This document shows, one piece after another, positions 38,768-51,702 of a stretch of 64,000 nucleotides of DNA; the stretch's first letter is position 1, and every line of letters begins with the position of its first letter. The translations under genes were made by a program, and so were the position numbers. The notes below the pieces were generated by a model. The model was not told where the DNA came from. It saw only the letters and a program-made list of their open reading frames with translations, and did not search any database. The stretch is taken from positions 44,764,001-44,828,000 of the forward strand of contig OZ360224.1 of the NCBI GenBank assembly GCA_977017645.1, in the 5' to 3' direction. Source of the DNA: Torpedo marmorata (lineage: Eukaryota).

Positions 38768-39521
38768 GAATCTGTGCATATGCTGGTTTCGCAATGAAGT
38801 ATCTACTCTCATCCATTAGATTAAAATATTGCATTTTTTTGCCCCTTCATAATGAGCAATCACTTTACAATAAATTGGCCTTTTATTTCGATGACTCAAA
38901 ATGAAGAACTTAAATCGAGACCCAAGATAATCAATGAACTCCTTATCCACCATGATTCATCGTTACTTGTTTGAAAAAGCAATGTGACTTTGCAACTTTT
39001 TTTTTAACTGGGAAGAAATTGCATAATGTATAATTTGTCAAATAACTTTTTTTATTCCCCCCCCCACCCCAAGTGCCCCCTTTCCTTCCCATTGTCGCCA
39101 ACGGGGATGACTTAAAATTTATACCTCATATGAGCGTTGAATTTTGTGAATGTCAGCGTTTATCTTCTGAACAGCGCGTTAAAGTCGAGAATCCATCCTA
39201 ATTCCCCATATGGAACCGCTCTTGGGTTCTCAAAGGGATGCACGGTGAAGCATTGGTGCTACATTGAAAAGGAAAGCCTCCTGATAAGAATATAAACAAC
39301 GAGCAGCAGAATGGTCTCACAATAATTCTAAATGTTACTGAAAAAGAACGAGTAAATGCTATTGAAACGTTGTTTTGGCCCCTCCGTACATTTTTGACTT
39401 CACTTTATCTTTCTGGCGAATATGAACGTCATTATTGATTTGCGTAGATTTAAAAGTTGCACACAATCTCGCCTGCCTCTTTGTGAAAACAATTAGTTTG
39501 GAATGTGATCTTGTCTTCCAG

Positions 39522-39663
39522 GCGAGGCCGTACATTTAGCACGGGACTTTGGGTATATCTGTGAGACGGAATTCCCTGCCAAAGCTGCAGCTGACTACCT
39601 GAACAGGCAGCACACAGACCCCAGCGAGCTGCACTCCAGAAAGAACATGATACTGGCCACAAA
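39522..39663 (+). CDS. TFAP2B: AP-2 beta exon 6 (helix-span-helix)
   Basis: Acceptor tcttccag|GC; (G)[46 protein letters not shown]; donor AA|gtgagt; 142 nt. Confidence 0.96.
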
Positions 39664-42360
39664 GTGAGTCATTAACTTACTCCTACATGCCCTTTGAAGT
39701 CTGCAGGGGGAAAAAAGAGAACCGGTTAATACTTTAGATGCTTTATAATGATAAGTTGAATATTAAGCAATGTTAGAAAATAGGTGGTATGTTTAACATT
39801 GGATGAACACAACATAACCTTTGTTTGATTGAAGGCTTCAGAGTTTTGATTTTCAATTCTTTAACACAAGGCAACAACATATAGATACGGTCGAGAGATA
39901 AATTACATACCCTGGTTGGTCATTTTTATGTCGTTTAAATATTGTAATTGATTGAGTCCACAGAGCCTATATAAAATCATTCTTTGCATTCAAAAAGGCG
40001 AGTGGTTTATTTAAACGACCAAATCACATTTTAAGTTAACTAGGCATTCTAAGATGAAGATCCTTTTTTAAAGATAATTTAAAGAGGGGAATTTCCGAAC
40101 TTATAATTAACTCAAGCATTTTCAACCAGATCTGACTTTAAAATATGCGCCCGTATCTGCCTTTAATATTGAGGAAAATCCTCGCAATTCCCACCAAAGA
40201 TTAAAAAAAAAGGCTGAAAAATCATTTGCTGAAATTTGTCCAGATGTTCGCTAGACGTGATTTGAATTTAATTGTTTCTTTCCGCCGGGTCAGAAGATAT
40301 TACAATCTCAGAAGTTTAATTGCTTGCAGGCGATTCTTTTTCTTTGAAGACAAGAAGCGCTTGACTTCCCTGCCATTAATCCTTCATGGTGGACGTTTTC
40401 TACTTTGCATAGAAAAAAAAATACAAGGGCGATGAATGCAGGCGTTTAGAATGTTCCCATAGCAATTTCCTCTGCGTCTCTATTATGCGAGCTACCACAC
40501 ACGCGGAAGAAATAGATATGGTGCAAAACAAAAGCAACTCCAGTAGATATGGATGGCGTAAAAACGAAACAAAGGTGTATTTTCCAAACATGTTTCATTA
40601 TTTCTGAATGCAGAGGTTGCCACAATTTGCCGCAATCTGATTATTTCTCTAATTCTGTTGACGTAAAATTAGTGCAGCTAAATTGTCTTCCATTTAGAGG
40701 AGCTAATTTTTTCTATAGAATTGCATCTTTTGTTCTTGTCATCAGGTTTACCAGGAAGTTCAAACTTAGATGTACAACAGGACATTTCATAACCTTGTTC
40801 ACAAAAGACCAGGCCATCCAGACAGACATCCACTTATAATAATTCTGATAATGATAATGGGAAATATTTTTGGCCACGTCCCTTAAACCTTTCCCTCAAT
40901 GACAGTTCGACGTTTGATTAAACGCATTATTTACATACACGTATTTCAAGGTTGTTTAACGTAAACTGCGCCCAAAATTATTTTCAAGAAAGTCGAATTT
41001 TACGAGACAATGAAGATAGCGTTGTTCCCCAAAAATGTATAATCACCCGCATCTCTCATTCTCTGATTACTCATCAAATTAAGTTCACATTTAACAAAGA
41101 AAGCTTGATCAGTCACTGCAATGCTGCAGTCTTTACTCCATGTCAACAACGTTGTCATTAAAGCCCGCTTGGACACAAAATTGAATTGGTCGAAAATGAA
41201 AATTTAGGTACCATGTCGGTCATCCCGAAAATAAAAATTCTCGGTAAATTGTTAACCCAGATTCTAACTGGATGATTGCCGAGGTCTGTCGAACTTCAGA
41301 AGTTTATTTTTGTTCATTGTTGAACAATACTTCAATGAAAGTGTGCGTTTTTAAGGGGTTGAGGGATAACGTTGAGAAACGGGACACATTTCCACTTCGA
41401 CAGTCAATGGGAATATTAATTATTTCCAGGTCAGGTACAGCTCCATTACGTTGCAATTATCCAGTAGCTATCGGTGAAGTACAACATTGTACTGCAGATT
41501 CCAGCTACACGGGAACTAATTTGTAATCTTTGACTGGAGTTGCAAGTTTTGGGCTTCTGGTCACCCTCAAAATAGTACTTAAAGGCCTTACTGCTTGCTG
41601 ATGTGGCGCCTTCAAGGTCTGGAACCCCTTCCCTAAAAGCGTGTCTCTTTAATTAAACACTTGTGTTAAAATACATTTATGTACAAATTGTTGTTGCCAT
41701 TGCTGTCACTGTTCCCATGCCCACTACTCCCTTACGCTTTATACCCTACCTTTCAGCTTCACCAATTTCGGATCCAACCTATAGTTAGAGTGCGTGCCCC
41801 CCTTAGAGTTGCAGTAATTCGCCATTTGTACCAAGGAGGACGGGGTTCGAGGTAAGAGATGGCGAATTTCCTAAGGTCTCCAAAATCCAACATCTTAATT
41901 CATTCGCCATAAGTCGGTGGAAACCTCGGTAAACCCCAATACAGCATTTATTCACGATTCCCCAACTTTTTATCGAACTTGCGTGGAGGAACCACTGCTG
42001 AAACAAACCGCACCATGTCCTCCAACGCCGTTTCCATCGCTCTACTCCATCCTGGGAAACCAAATTATGATAAATTTGCAGAATAAACTGTCATCTTTTT
42101 GAAGTCAAATAATCCAATAAGAGTAAACTACCAGCGAGTTGATTCAATGCGCCACGAGCCCCTCATTACTTAAAGAAAGACAATGTTATTACCTGCAGGT
42201 TGTCTCTCTCCTTGTATGAGAAATGAACCTAACGCCCCAAAAATGTCAGTTTTTGGGTGAAGTTTGTAAGTGCAATGGCCATGGCCGATATATCTTTAAC
42301 ATAACTCTTTTTAGGTATTAACTCCCTTGGGGATTTAATTCTCCCTCCCCGCCCCCCATT

Positions 42361-42375
42361 CTCTCTCTCTCTCTT

Positions 42376-42412
<37 letters not shown>
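42361..42412. repeat. (CT)n microsatellite
   Basis: Seen directly. Confidence 0.95.
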
Positions 42413-42970
42413 AAATGCTTGATTTTATTTTAATGACTATGTAATTTTTGAATGATTTCTGATTTAGTAAATCTCTAAGGTAGATTTTTCTCTCTTAAGG
42501 AGCAAAATATTCCGCTAACCCTCACATGTGTTATTGGTTGAAAAATTAGCCCACTAAACATGTAACCTAACCTTAACTCTTTCACCTTCATGAACTCGTG
42601 CTGCTTTTAACAGAATTCTTTCGCGATGAGATTAATCTATATTTAGGTTTTGCGCTGCTTCATTCATTCTTTAGAAAATTAAAGAAAGACTCACATCCGT
42701 GGGTCATTATAAGAATTGAGACCATATGAGATTCCATTAAAAACATCCGGAATTATTTCACTATTGTAGTTCTATTATAAGTAAAGTAAATCTTAAATAG
42801 AAATTCGGATAGATTGGAAGAAAGCTATGCAGCCGGCTTTTCGGTAATCATGACGTGCGGGTTGAGGGGGTTAAACCAATTTCCATAGCAACCGGATAAT
42901 GTGCCATTCCATACATCTGATTTGTGTTATCTGACGGCAACATTCATTGTCTTATTTTCTTAACCCCCAG

Positions 42971-43268
42971 GCAACTTTGCAAAGAATTCACAGATCTGCT
43001 GGCACAGGATAGGAGTCCTTTGGGGAACACCAGGCCCAACCCGATACTAGACCCAGGCATCCAGAGCTGTTTGACTCACTTTAGCCTCATTACGCATGGT
43101 TTTGGCTCTCCTGCCATTTGCGCTGCTCTCACAGCTGTCCAGAACTACCTGACGGAAGCATTAAAGGGACTGGACAAGATGTTCTTAAACAACAACCCTA
43201 ATAGACACACATCTGGAGGGGAGGCGGGCACCAAAACTGGAGACAAGGAGGAAAAGAACAGGAAATGA
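42971..43268 (+). CDS. TFAP2B: AP-2 beta exon 7, coding part to the stop codon
   Basis: Acceptor cccccag|G; (K)[22 protein letters not shown]...[18 protein letters not shown]...[12 protein letters not shown]. The beta-type C-terminus and N-terminus support the paralogue call. Confidence 0.97.
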
Positions 43269-46200
43269 GAAACATTCCTCCAAACTTTTTATTTTGTGTA
43301 GCTTTATATAAAAAAAAATCTTCTATTGACTTGGAAATAACAACGCACACATAAAGGAGCAACACTGGGTCAACTGTTTGCAGCCAATATGGACCTGGAT
43401 GCAAGGCTTCAAGAGCATTTTTATTGGTATTTTTCCAATTTTGCAACACGTTAACTTCCATTTTATGTCAGAATGGCAGGTGATTTCAAGATTCACCCGA
43501 GTAACTGCAAATTGATTTTTTTTTATTATCAAATTCTTTGGTCCACGCTCATTCCAGATCTGATTTCTGTGCATAGCTCTGCATGTTATGAGGATGGAAA
43601 CATTCCACCAAAAATATAATGACTATCGGGTAACGTGATAGCTTAATCGTATCTCTTCACCTATGAATACGTTAACTTTGATACAGAGCTCGTGATCTCA
43701 TGATTAGCACACAGATTCCAATATACGGTGACAATAATGACATGAACCTACTCATTTTAACTCCAAACACAACCTTGCAGTCTGCGGTATGACTAACCAT
43801 AATTTTCAACACGACGTGAATCTAAACGGAACCCAACCTAGATGATTATTCACCCTGGATTGCAGTTGTCAGATCAAGTTCAAGGTGAACACCCCCACTT
43901 GCGAAAATTAAAAACTGCGAAAAGAGTGTAGCCAGGCAGAGAACAAGTTTGGAATCCAACGAGATAAACGAGGAGGACACATGAAATAATAAAAACGAAC
44001 AATAAATATTCCCTTAATATGGCATCTTCATTTTCATTATTGGTACGTTTTGACAAGTCATTAAATTAGACTGGTCTTCTCAATAACTGGTCTCCGCTTG
44101 GCAGCAGCTTCAAAATAGATCAGATAATTCCCCTTAAGAACACATTGGCATTTTGTTCGGTGATCTTTTTCTTGTATCTTTTATTTTACAATTGACCTCA
44201 TCTCTGAAAGGACTCGGACCATTATGCAACTTTAAACGTAGATAAGTGAGCAAGATTTCTAACCAAACCAATGCACATTTGACCTCAACTGTTAGGCAAT
44301 TTGCTTCTTTTGGGTTGAGACAGAATTCGACAATGAACACCCCAAGACTCAGCAATAATACCACGTAGTGACCCATTGGAGGATGGATGATGATTCATTA
44401 CAGATAGCAAACAATTCTACGTACTGAAAACTAGGTCTTAGGCCACGAAGGAAATGGATAGGCAGAGTAGCTTATTGACATGGGCGAGGGAGTATAAATA
44501 AGCTATTAAGTGTTTGCAAACCAGAAACTCCTCTTTTCACTGTTGTGCAATCCCTTAAAAACATTGTCCGGATATAGATTAATGCTTTTCTTTATAAATA
44601 TAGAACTTCAAGATTACATCAATTGTAGTCAAACATTAAAATCACGGCCCATTACACCACATCACTCAAATCGACTGCTTGCCTGAACGTTGAAAAATAC
44701 ACGAAGAAAATATTTAAAGAAGTAGAGGGGTCCTTGCAGGTCGGACGTCACGCCATCCTGTAAGCCACGCATTAAGAATAATATGCAAATTCTTGTAACA
44801 GGGTTGTCCAGAGGTTAAGGGACTCTCCAGACTAAATGGGTGGCAAAATTTTTTTTTTTAATTTATACTGTGCTTGTTGTCTCTGCTCCTAAAAGGCACA
44901 CCAAACTCTGCCCTCGTGGTTGGGAGATATTAATTCATGTGAACACATTTAAAATGTCTTACCATTTTTTTTTCCATTGAAACCTCGCCACAATTATTTA
45001 TCCCGCCCGCTGAAGAGTTTTAAACAAAATCAAGCAACAATTCAAGGAGAACACCGTGACTGTGGCGTGTTAGCATGCATGCAATATGTGTGTAGGTTGG
45101 GGAGGAGGAGGAGTGGTGCTGACTGCGATGAATACATCAGTTTCCCCACAGTTAATGAACCAAACACCGAGTGATACGCACTCTAGGGAGACAAACTGTC
45201 CTCCTTTGATTCCCGTTTCCAGTTCTGATATTCTAGCAGGGCACATTTGTTGTGCATACCCAAATATAATAATTATCCATTTAGAAACTGAGTACATTAT
45301 TGTAAGATTCAACAATTTAGACCATATGGCGGTTATAACTACCGGATATACTACTTATTTGTCAGTATTGAGTTGTTTATCTTACTACTCGTGCGCTCAA
45401 CATTTTTATCGCTCCTGAATTTGTGGTTGGCCATATAATAATATTTCTTTATAACTTCTCTTACAGTTATAACATCCTTTTAAATGAACCATTAAAAAAA
45501 AATAATCACCGAGACATTGCACAGAATTCAATGCTCCTTTGAGAAAGAGCTTCCTTTTCACATTTTTTCCACTTTTTCGCCCCAGGCCATGCACTTCAAC
45601 GGAAGAGTTATCACAAGCCGAACCTGTGCAGCTCGGTGAGTCCACAGGTGGTATGTGGCGGATGGAGTGTTTTCCCCGTGGCGACACAAAACAAACCCAA
45701 CACCAGAACTGACTAAATCTATTAGACATATTGGCAGGAAAGTTAGTATGCTGGGTGGACACAGGTGTGAAAGGAATGCTTCACCATTAAAAAAAAAACG
45801 CTTTAATGTCTTGACGAATACACCGGACCTATTTGTTTTGAACGTTTATTTCTAACCAGTAGGTCCCTCGCGGGAATAAAAAAAAACTATAGTTACTGCA
45901 TTCTGCTGACTTTTATTTTAATTATGTGGTGTTTAAAATGAAATAGTTGAACGGGATTGTTTTGCAGAATGAAGTCTGCTTTTATCGTCACTGAATCAAG
46001 GGAACTATGCAATGCAAAAAAAAAAAAAAAGAGAATGGCATGAACAAATCTCGATCAGTTTCAAATTGATAGAAGAAATCGCTTGATTAACGTTATTTTT
46101 AACCCGGGTTAACACGTTCCAACCATGCTTGTGTATTGCGGATTTTCCTGTACCTTAATTGGAGTTTCATCACCCTTTGATAATACCCTTCTAGCTTCCC

Positions 46201-46407
46201 TGAATTTGATGCAGATTTGGTATTTTGAAATCTAAAATATTCTATTTAACCTGGCCCAATGTTTAGCATTCACGGAAATTCCAGAACAACACGGCATCCA
46301 TTTTATTCACTGAAGGTGACCCGGACAAATGTAAGCAACAATCGCCATTGCCCGAGATGAGTTGAGGAATCTACATTTTCATTTTCCTGCTAACTCCAAA
46401 ACACGGC

Positions 46408-46492
46408 AGTCTCTCTCATACACACACACACTCTCTCCCTCTCTCTCACACACACAAACACACGCGCACACGCACACACTCACACACACACA
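46408..46492. repeat. Imperfect (CA)/(CT) microsatellite
   Basis: Seen directly. Confidence 0.85.
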
Positions 46493-49085
46493 CGCTTCCT
46501 TGCGCTCCTCTCCACACCTCACTCCCCACCTCATCCATACCACCCACCGATATGACCAGATGACCATTTACACACAAATAAATATTTTCTGCAGATCACC
46601 CAACACACCTGATGACAACTTTGTCCTAGTCTCTAAACAAGGAAGCGTAGAAGTCCACAAAATGATATCTATCGGGAACTTTGTCTTTGAGCGAAATCAA
46701 AACTCAATAATTTCTCAACCTTCCTCTCCCGTTCCCCAGGATTAACTTGGTCAAATGTAAAATTCAATTTACCATCGTATATGTCTCGGAATTTCTGAAG
46801 TCAAAAGATTTACATTGGTCAAAAACAGGGCTGGCTGGGGTGCTCCGTTTTGATGTAAAATAAATAAGCTCGGTCTTAAAATATTTTATTTGCAGGGATT
46901 GAAAATGACAGAAAGTCGGAAACAGTGCACTTATAGTCCAATTTGGCACTAACCTAGACAGAACGATCAACCAGAAATATGTCCTTTTCCATTACCATAG
47001 GTTAGCATGAACATAAATATTTTAGCTGAAGAATTCGATGTACATCCAACTAAAACTTATGACGTTAAGAAAGAGGGGTCCTCATTAATCATAACGTTTG
47101 ACGAATCCACTGGCAAATCCACCAGCAAATTACAATGAAGTGGAAGTGTTGCCAATGTCAATACACCCAATATCTGGGTTATCTACGCTTCCATGGAAGT
47201 CTGTTCATTTTTTTTCTTTGGGGGGATATAATACAACTTGCCCAGATATGGGGTGCCGTGTATTTAGATGCCAATGAATATGGGAAATTCAAAATTTGCA
47301 CCAATTTTATTCTTCAATCAATTCATGCTGTCATTTCAACCATATATTTTTAAAAACGTCCCACACAAATAATATGTTTCTGAAAACGACAAATGCTCAA
47401 ATATCTTCACAAGCTTTTTATCCTTTGAAACGGAATTCCGCCTTTTCAAATAATAAACACGAACTCTTATCCCCGTATGCCAAAAGTACGCAAGGACAGG
47501 GGTGAAGAGTTTGGATTGTTCCCATCCGTGTCACATGCTACCAAAAGAATGCTTTGACTCCAGTAATTAGGTAACCCGATTTCTTTCATAAAACATTTCC
47601 AAACAAATATACAACTTGGAACACAAGTTCCTCTGGATCTCCACGGAGATTCAGCTTGGAGGGGGTGGGCGGGTTATCATTGTCCATGTTTGTATATATT
47701 TATTTAATGTTAATTTAATGGGATTGTAAATATGGTGAGCCAGTAGCGGGGTATTTATCTATGATTCCATACCTCTGTGAGTGGGTTGAAAATGCTTGAT
47801 GCTAGATAGTCCACTATCTGATCTCTGTTCACTAGACACATTGTAAAGGTGATGGGTAGAACTTGTTTATTGTCCAGTTGTGGTCTCATTTTAAGAGAAA
47901 AAAAGAGTTGAGTACCTTGTGATTTTGTTGTATTTTATTACGTTTAAATGTGATGCTGCTTCACTTTTCAGACAGATTTTGTTGCTAGGTCTGTCCATCT
48001 ACTGGTTGTTTGAATGGAAACCAATCTGTCTTCAAGAAACAAACGAACACATAATAAACCTTTCTTCCGAAATGTACTGTTCCTTTCTCTCTCTCTTTTA
48101 CTAAAGCAATGAAGTGCAACCATAACATTTTACTGTTCATTTGTCCCTGGGAGATTTCTAATGGCACGAGGCAATGGTTTGGGAAATCTTATCAAGCAAA
48201 CCTGCTGGATTTCACAATGTTTCAACTTTGGGAAGGTGTATACATTTTTTTTATTGTACACTCTAAATGTTACATTTTTGTCATGTGGGGAATCCCTTGC
48301 AATTGAAAATAGGGCATTGACCTGCAAATTTGGCTAAAGAAAGTTGTGTGGTTGGGGAATCTATGGTGTTTCAGTATTCTTGAAATTACACTGTGCAAAT
48401 ACTCTCAGCATGCTGTGTGTGAGACTACTCCACAAATACATAGCAAGGAATCTAAATTGTTGGTAATGCAGATCAGAGAGCTTGAGTGTCTATTGAGTCA
48501 AGGTTCCAACTGGGAAAATGCTTTCATACAAACATGTCTTGTTGGCTTCAAAGCCTATCCTGATTCTCATCTATCTTATTTTTCTTTATGTTTGCAAGAA
48601 AATGCATGCATCGTTTCTTTATAGTAAGGGGCTCAGCCTCACTCCAACCTTTTGTTTTAAGACTTTAACCTGTCTAACAATCAAGTCATTCCTCAAAACT
48701 ATGTCCTTTTTTAATACCACTTCTGTTCCATATTTGTTGATCATTGAAATCAATACTATAATTATAATTGCAACAGGGACAGGGCATCGTATGCAAGTAT
48801 AATTATAGTATCTATTTCAATGTTCAACATCGCATGCATCATATGTAGAATATTTATATAAGAGTCATATTTCATACACCAGCTAAAATGAAAACTATCC
48901 AAAATACTAAATTTATGCTTTCGCAGAAATATTGTGGTCCACAATATAAGGTGTTCATGTATATTGTGTAAACTTTAAACATTACTTTTGTTAATAGATT
49001 ATACAATTCTTAAAGCCAACATGTAAGTAGAGTTTGATTCATATGACCTATCACTAGATAGTAGCATATATAACTATATATTAAG

Positions 49086-49124
49086 AATAAAGAAGCAATC
49101 ATAAATAATAAGTGTTTGTTGTTG
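49086..49124 (+). terminator. Candidate distal polyadenylation signal of TFAP2B
   Basis: AATAAA at 49086-49091 with GT-rich agtgtttgttgttg about 20 nt downstream and TGTA motifs upstream. Transposon relics begin shortly after. Other AATAAA hexamers lie upstream. Confidence 0.5.
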
Positions 49125-49734
49125 AAGATGAAATCAATTTTATTCCTTCATGGAGATATTGATTTTTCAAGTTTATATTTCTGATAAATTCTTAAATTAT
49201 GAAGATAATGGTTATCAGTTCGAGATGATTATGGCTTTTCACTGATTCCGTGTCATTTTTGTTTTGCCAATTTTGAAAGAACACCACCATATTTCCATCA
49301 ACAAATGGGATCATCACAAATTTTCCATTTCACTACACCCATTTTTGGCCTCTCTGATTGACATGAGCAAACAGTTTCCTATTTTGAATTATGTTTATCA
49401 GTTGCTGTTAATCTCTATTGATTCAGAACTTTGTTCAGCTGGACCAAGCTTCCAAAGAATCATTATGCACACTGAAGAGAAACATTTTATCCATTTATTG
49501 TCGGTGGGCATAAATCCTGGCTGAACTAACATGTTGACATATTATCACTTATAAACATCTGAATGCTTGTGCTGCAAAATTGACTTGAGAAACATCAAAT
49601 TTTGTTTGTTAAAAAAATACATACGATTATCAAAACATACCAGTCCTTTAAGGTAGAATTCAATGTGAGCTGTGATGCAAAATGAATGGTGCAATATTGG
49701 CCATTGATTGCTGAACAAGCCCTGTTTTTGCATA

Positions 49735-49865
49735 GTAAAAGACAATGCTGGGAAAATAGCATCCGTGGAAAGAGAACTCCAGGATCTTGACATGAAATAT
49801 TAGCTAGTTCCTCTTTCCACATATACTGCTTGACTGGTTCAGTTCTTCCAACATTTCTGTTCTTG
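49735..49865. mobile_element. Old palindromic Penelope-terminus-derived repeat
   Basis: gtggaaagagaact and agttcctctttccac are inverted matches. Flanking aatgctgg and ccaacatttctg resemble the same family. Confidence 0.55.
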
Positions 49866-50560
49866 TGCAAATAGTTTAATTTGTTTTCCAATATTTTTGG
49901 CAGCTGATCTGGCACTGTTTTGCACCACTGCTAAATATAATTTACTTGAATTTTGAGAAAACTTGTCTTTTTATCAGTGAGTTTTTCCTGGTCTCATGCC
50001 TGTCAATGATATGCATTTATTTTGTTGAAAAAAAACCAAGGTAAAGGCTGAGATACATGGTGCTGGCACTACGTGTTGAGTATATGCATGAAATGAGTCA
50101 GTAATGGTGAGTAAGCAACACCCACTTTGCTGTAAAAGTGAATGATCACTGAAAGTTTATGAAACTTAAGAGTTAATGGTTTTGATGGCCAAGAAAAAAA
50201 GCCCAGATAACCTCAATAGACCCAACATATTGGCTTAATGTAAGGAAAGGTGACAAGAAAGATAAAGTGAAGTTCTCTATATCTAAATGCAAATAGTATT
50301 CCAAACAAAGTTAATGAGCAGCACACAAAAGGTCAACAGGTATGATCTGATAGATATTACAGTAACATGGTTACATGGAATTCAAAGCTTGGAACTCGAC
50401 ATTCAGAGGAGTTGACTTTTGGGAGTGATGGTCGGAAAGGAAAGGTTCATGGGGTGGCTCTGCTAATAAGAGATAAAATACGTACAACTGTGAGAGATGA
50501 CTGAGGCTCAGAAGTACAGTTCAGTTGGTTGGAGGTAAAAAGTAACAAGTCAGAGAATAT

Positions 50561-50798
50561 AAAGGTAAAGGTTCCATTATTGTCACGTAATACTACATTT
50601 AGAATGTAACATACATGAAATTCTTTAATTTTTGTCTACCGTAAGGCAGACAAAGGGTCGCTACTTTGTCCAGCGCCCCTCACAGAAACCTACAGCACCT
50701 GGTGTTCCTTGATGGTCTCCCCTCCAAGTACTGACCAGTCCTGTGCCTGCTTAGCTTCCGAGATCAGACAATCCCAGTCATATTCAGGCTATTGGTGC
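50561..50798 (-). mobile_element. 5S rRNA-derived SINE, near full length
   Basis: The reverse complement contains gtctgatctcggaagctaagcagg...tggtcagtacttggaggggagacc...ggtgctgtagg (5S-like), then a unique body and a (tttacc)n tail. Confidence 0.92.
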
Positions 50799-51702
50799 AT
50801 GGCAGATATGGTGTGTAGATCCAAACAGTAGCTACATCATAGAAAGAGTATAAATCAAGAAATAATGGGCACTAGGTTAATTGGAAATTGGAAATGGTGC
50901 ATATTGGATAATTTCCTGGAGCAATATGTTATAGAGCCAAACCAGGAAAAAGGTTATTTTGAAACTGATAATCTGTAACAAGGCAGGTAGAATAAATGAT
51001 TTCAGACTGAAAGATCCCCGAGGAAACAGAGATCACAGCATGATAGCATTCAGCTTTAGAGTTAGAAACATGATTATGAATCAACTGTGTGAAACTTACA
51101 CAAGTGGAATTACAAAGTATTGAAGAGAAGGTTGTCTAAAATGGTCAAGGCAAATAGATTAACAAATAAAACAATAGATAAGCAGTAATAGATATTCAAG
51201 GAAATTTTTCATGATTCCCAGCAAAAATATAGCCCAATGAGAAGGAAAGATTTCTAGGGGTGCATGAACGAACCAGAGACCATCCGGGAAGTTAAGGAAG
51301 AGATTAATTTGAGAGAGAAAGAATATGGGGGTAAAGTCTGTGATAGGCACAAAGATTGGTATAGATTCAAAAATCAGTAAAGAAAGATTAGAGTACATCA
51401 AGAAAGAGAAAATAAACTATGAGAACAAACCAGGGAGAAATACAGAAAGTGACAATCAGATTTTTTTTAAGGAAGTGATGGTCAAAGTAAATATAGGATC
51501 CTTAGAGAACGAGGCCATGAAATAGTAATGGGAACAAGGAATTAGCAGAGGAGTTAAACAGATATTTTGCACCAGTTTTCATGGGAGAAGATACAATGAA
51601 TATTCTATTACTTCTGACAAAAAACAGGGGAGGAAGTCAAATCCATCACTGCCACTAAAGAATTAGTATTCAGCAAACTAATAGAGTCATTGGGTCATAG
51701 AG

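Noticed and set aside
50686-50798. Functional 5S rRNA gene (also 56290-56402)
   Set aside because: Diverged from 5S, 5' end altered, no T4 terminator, fused to a shared body and tail, and dispersed. These are SINE heads.
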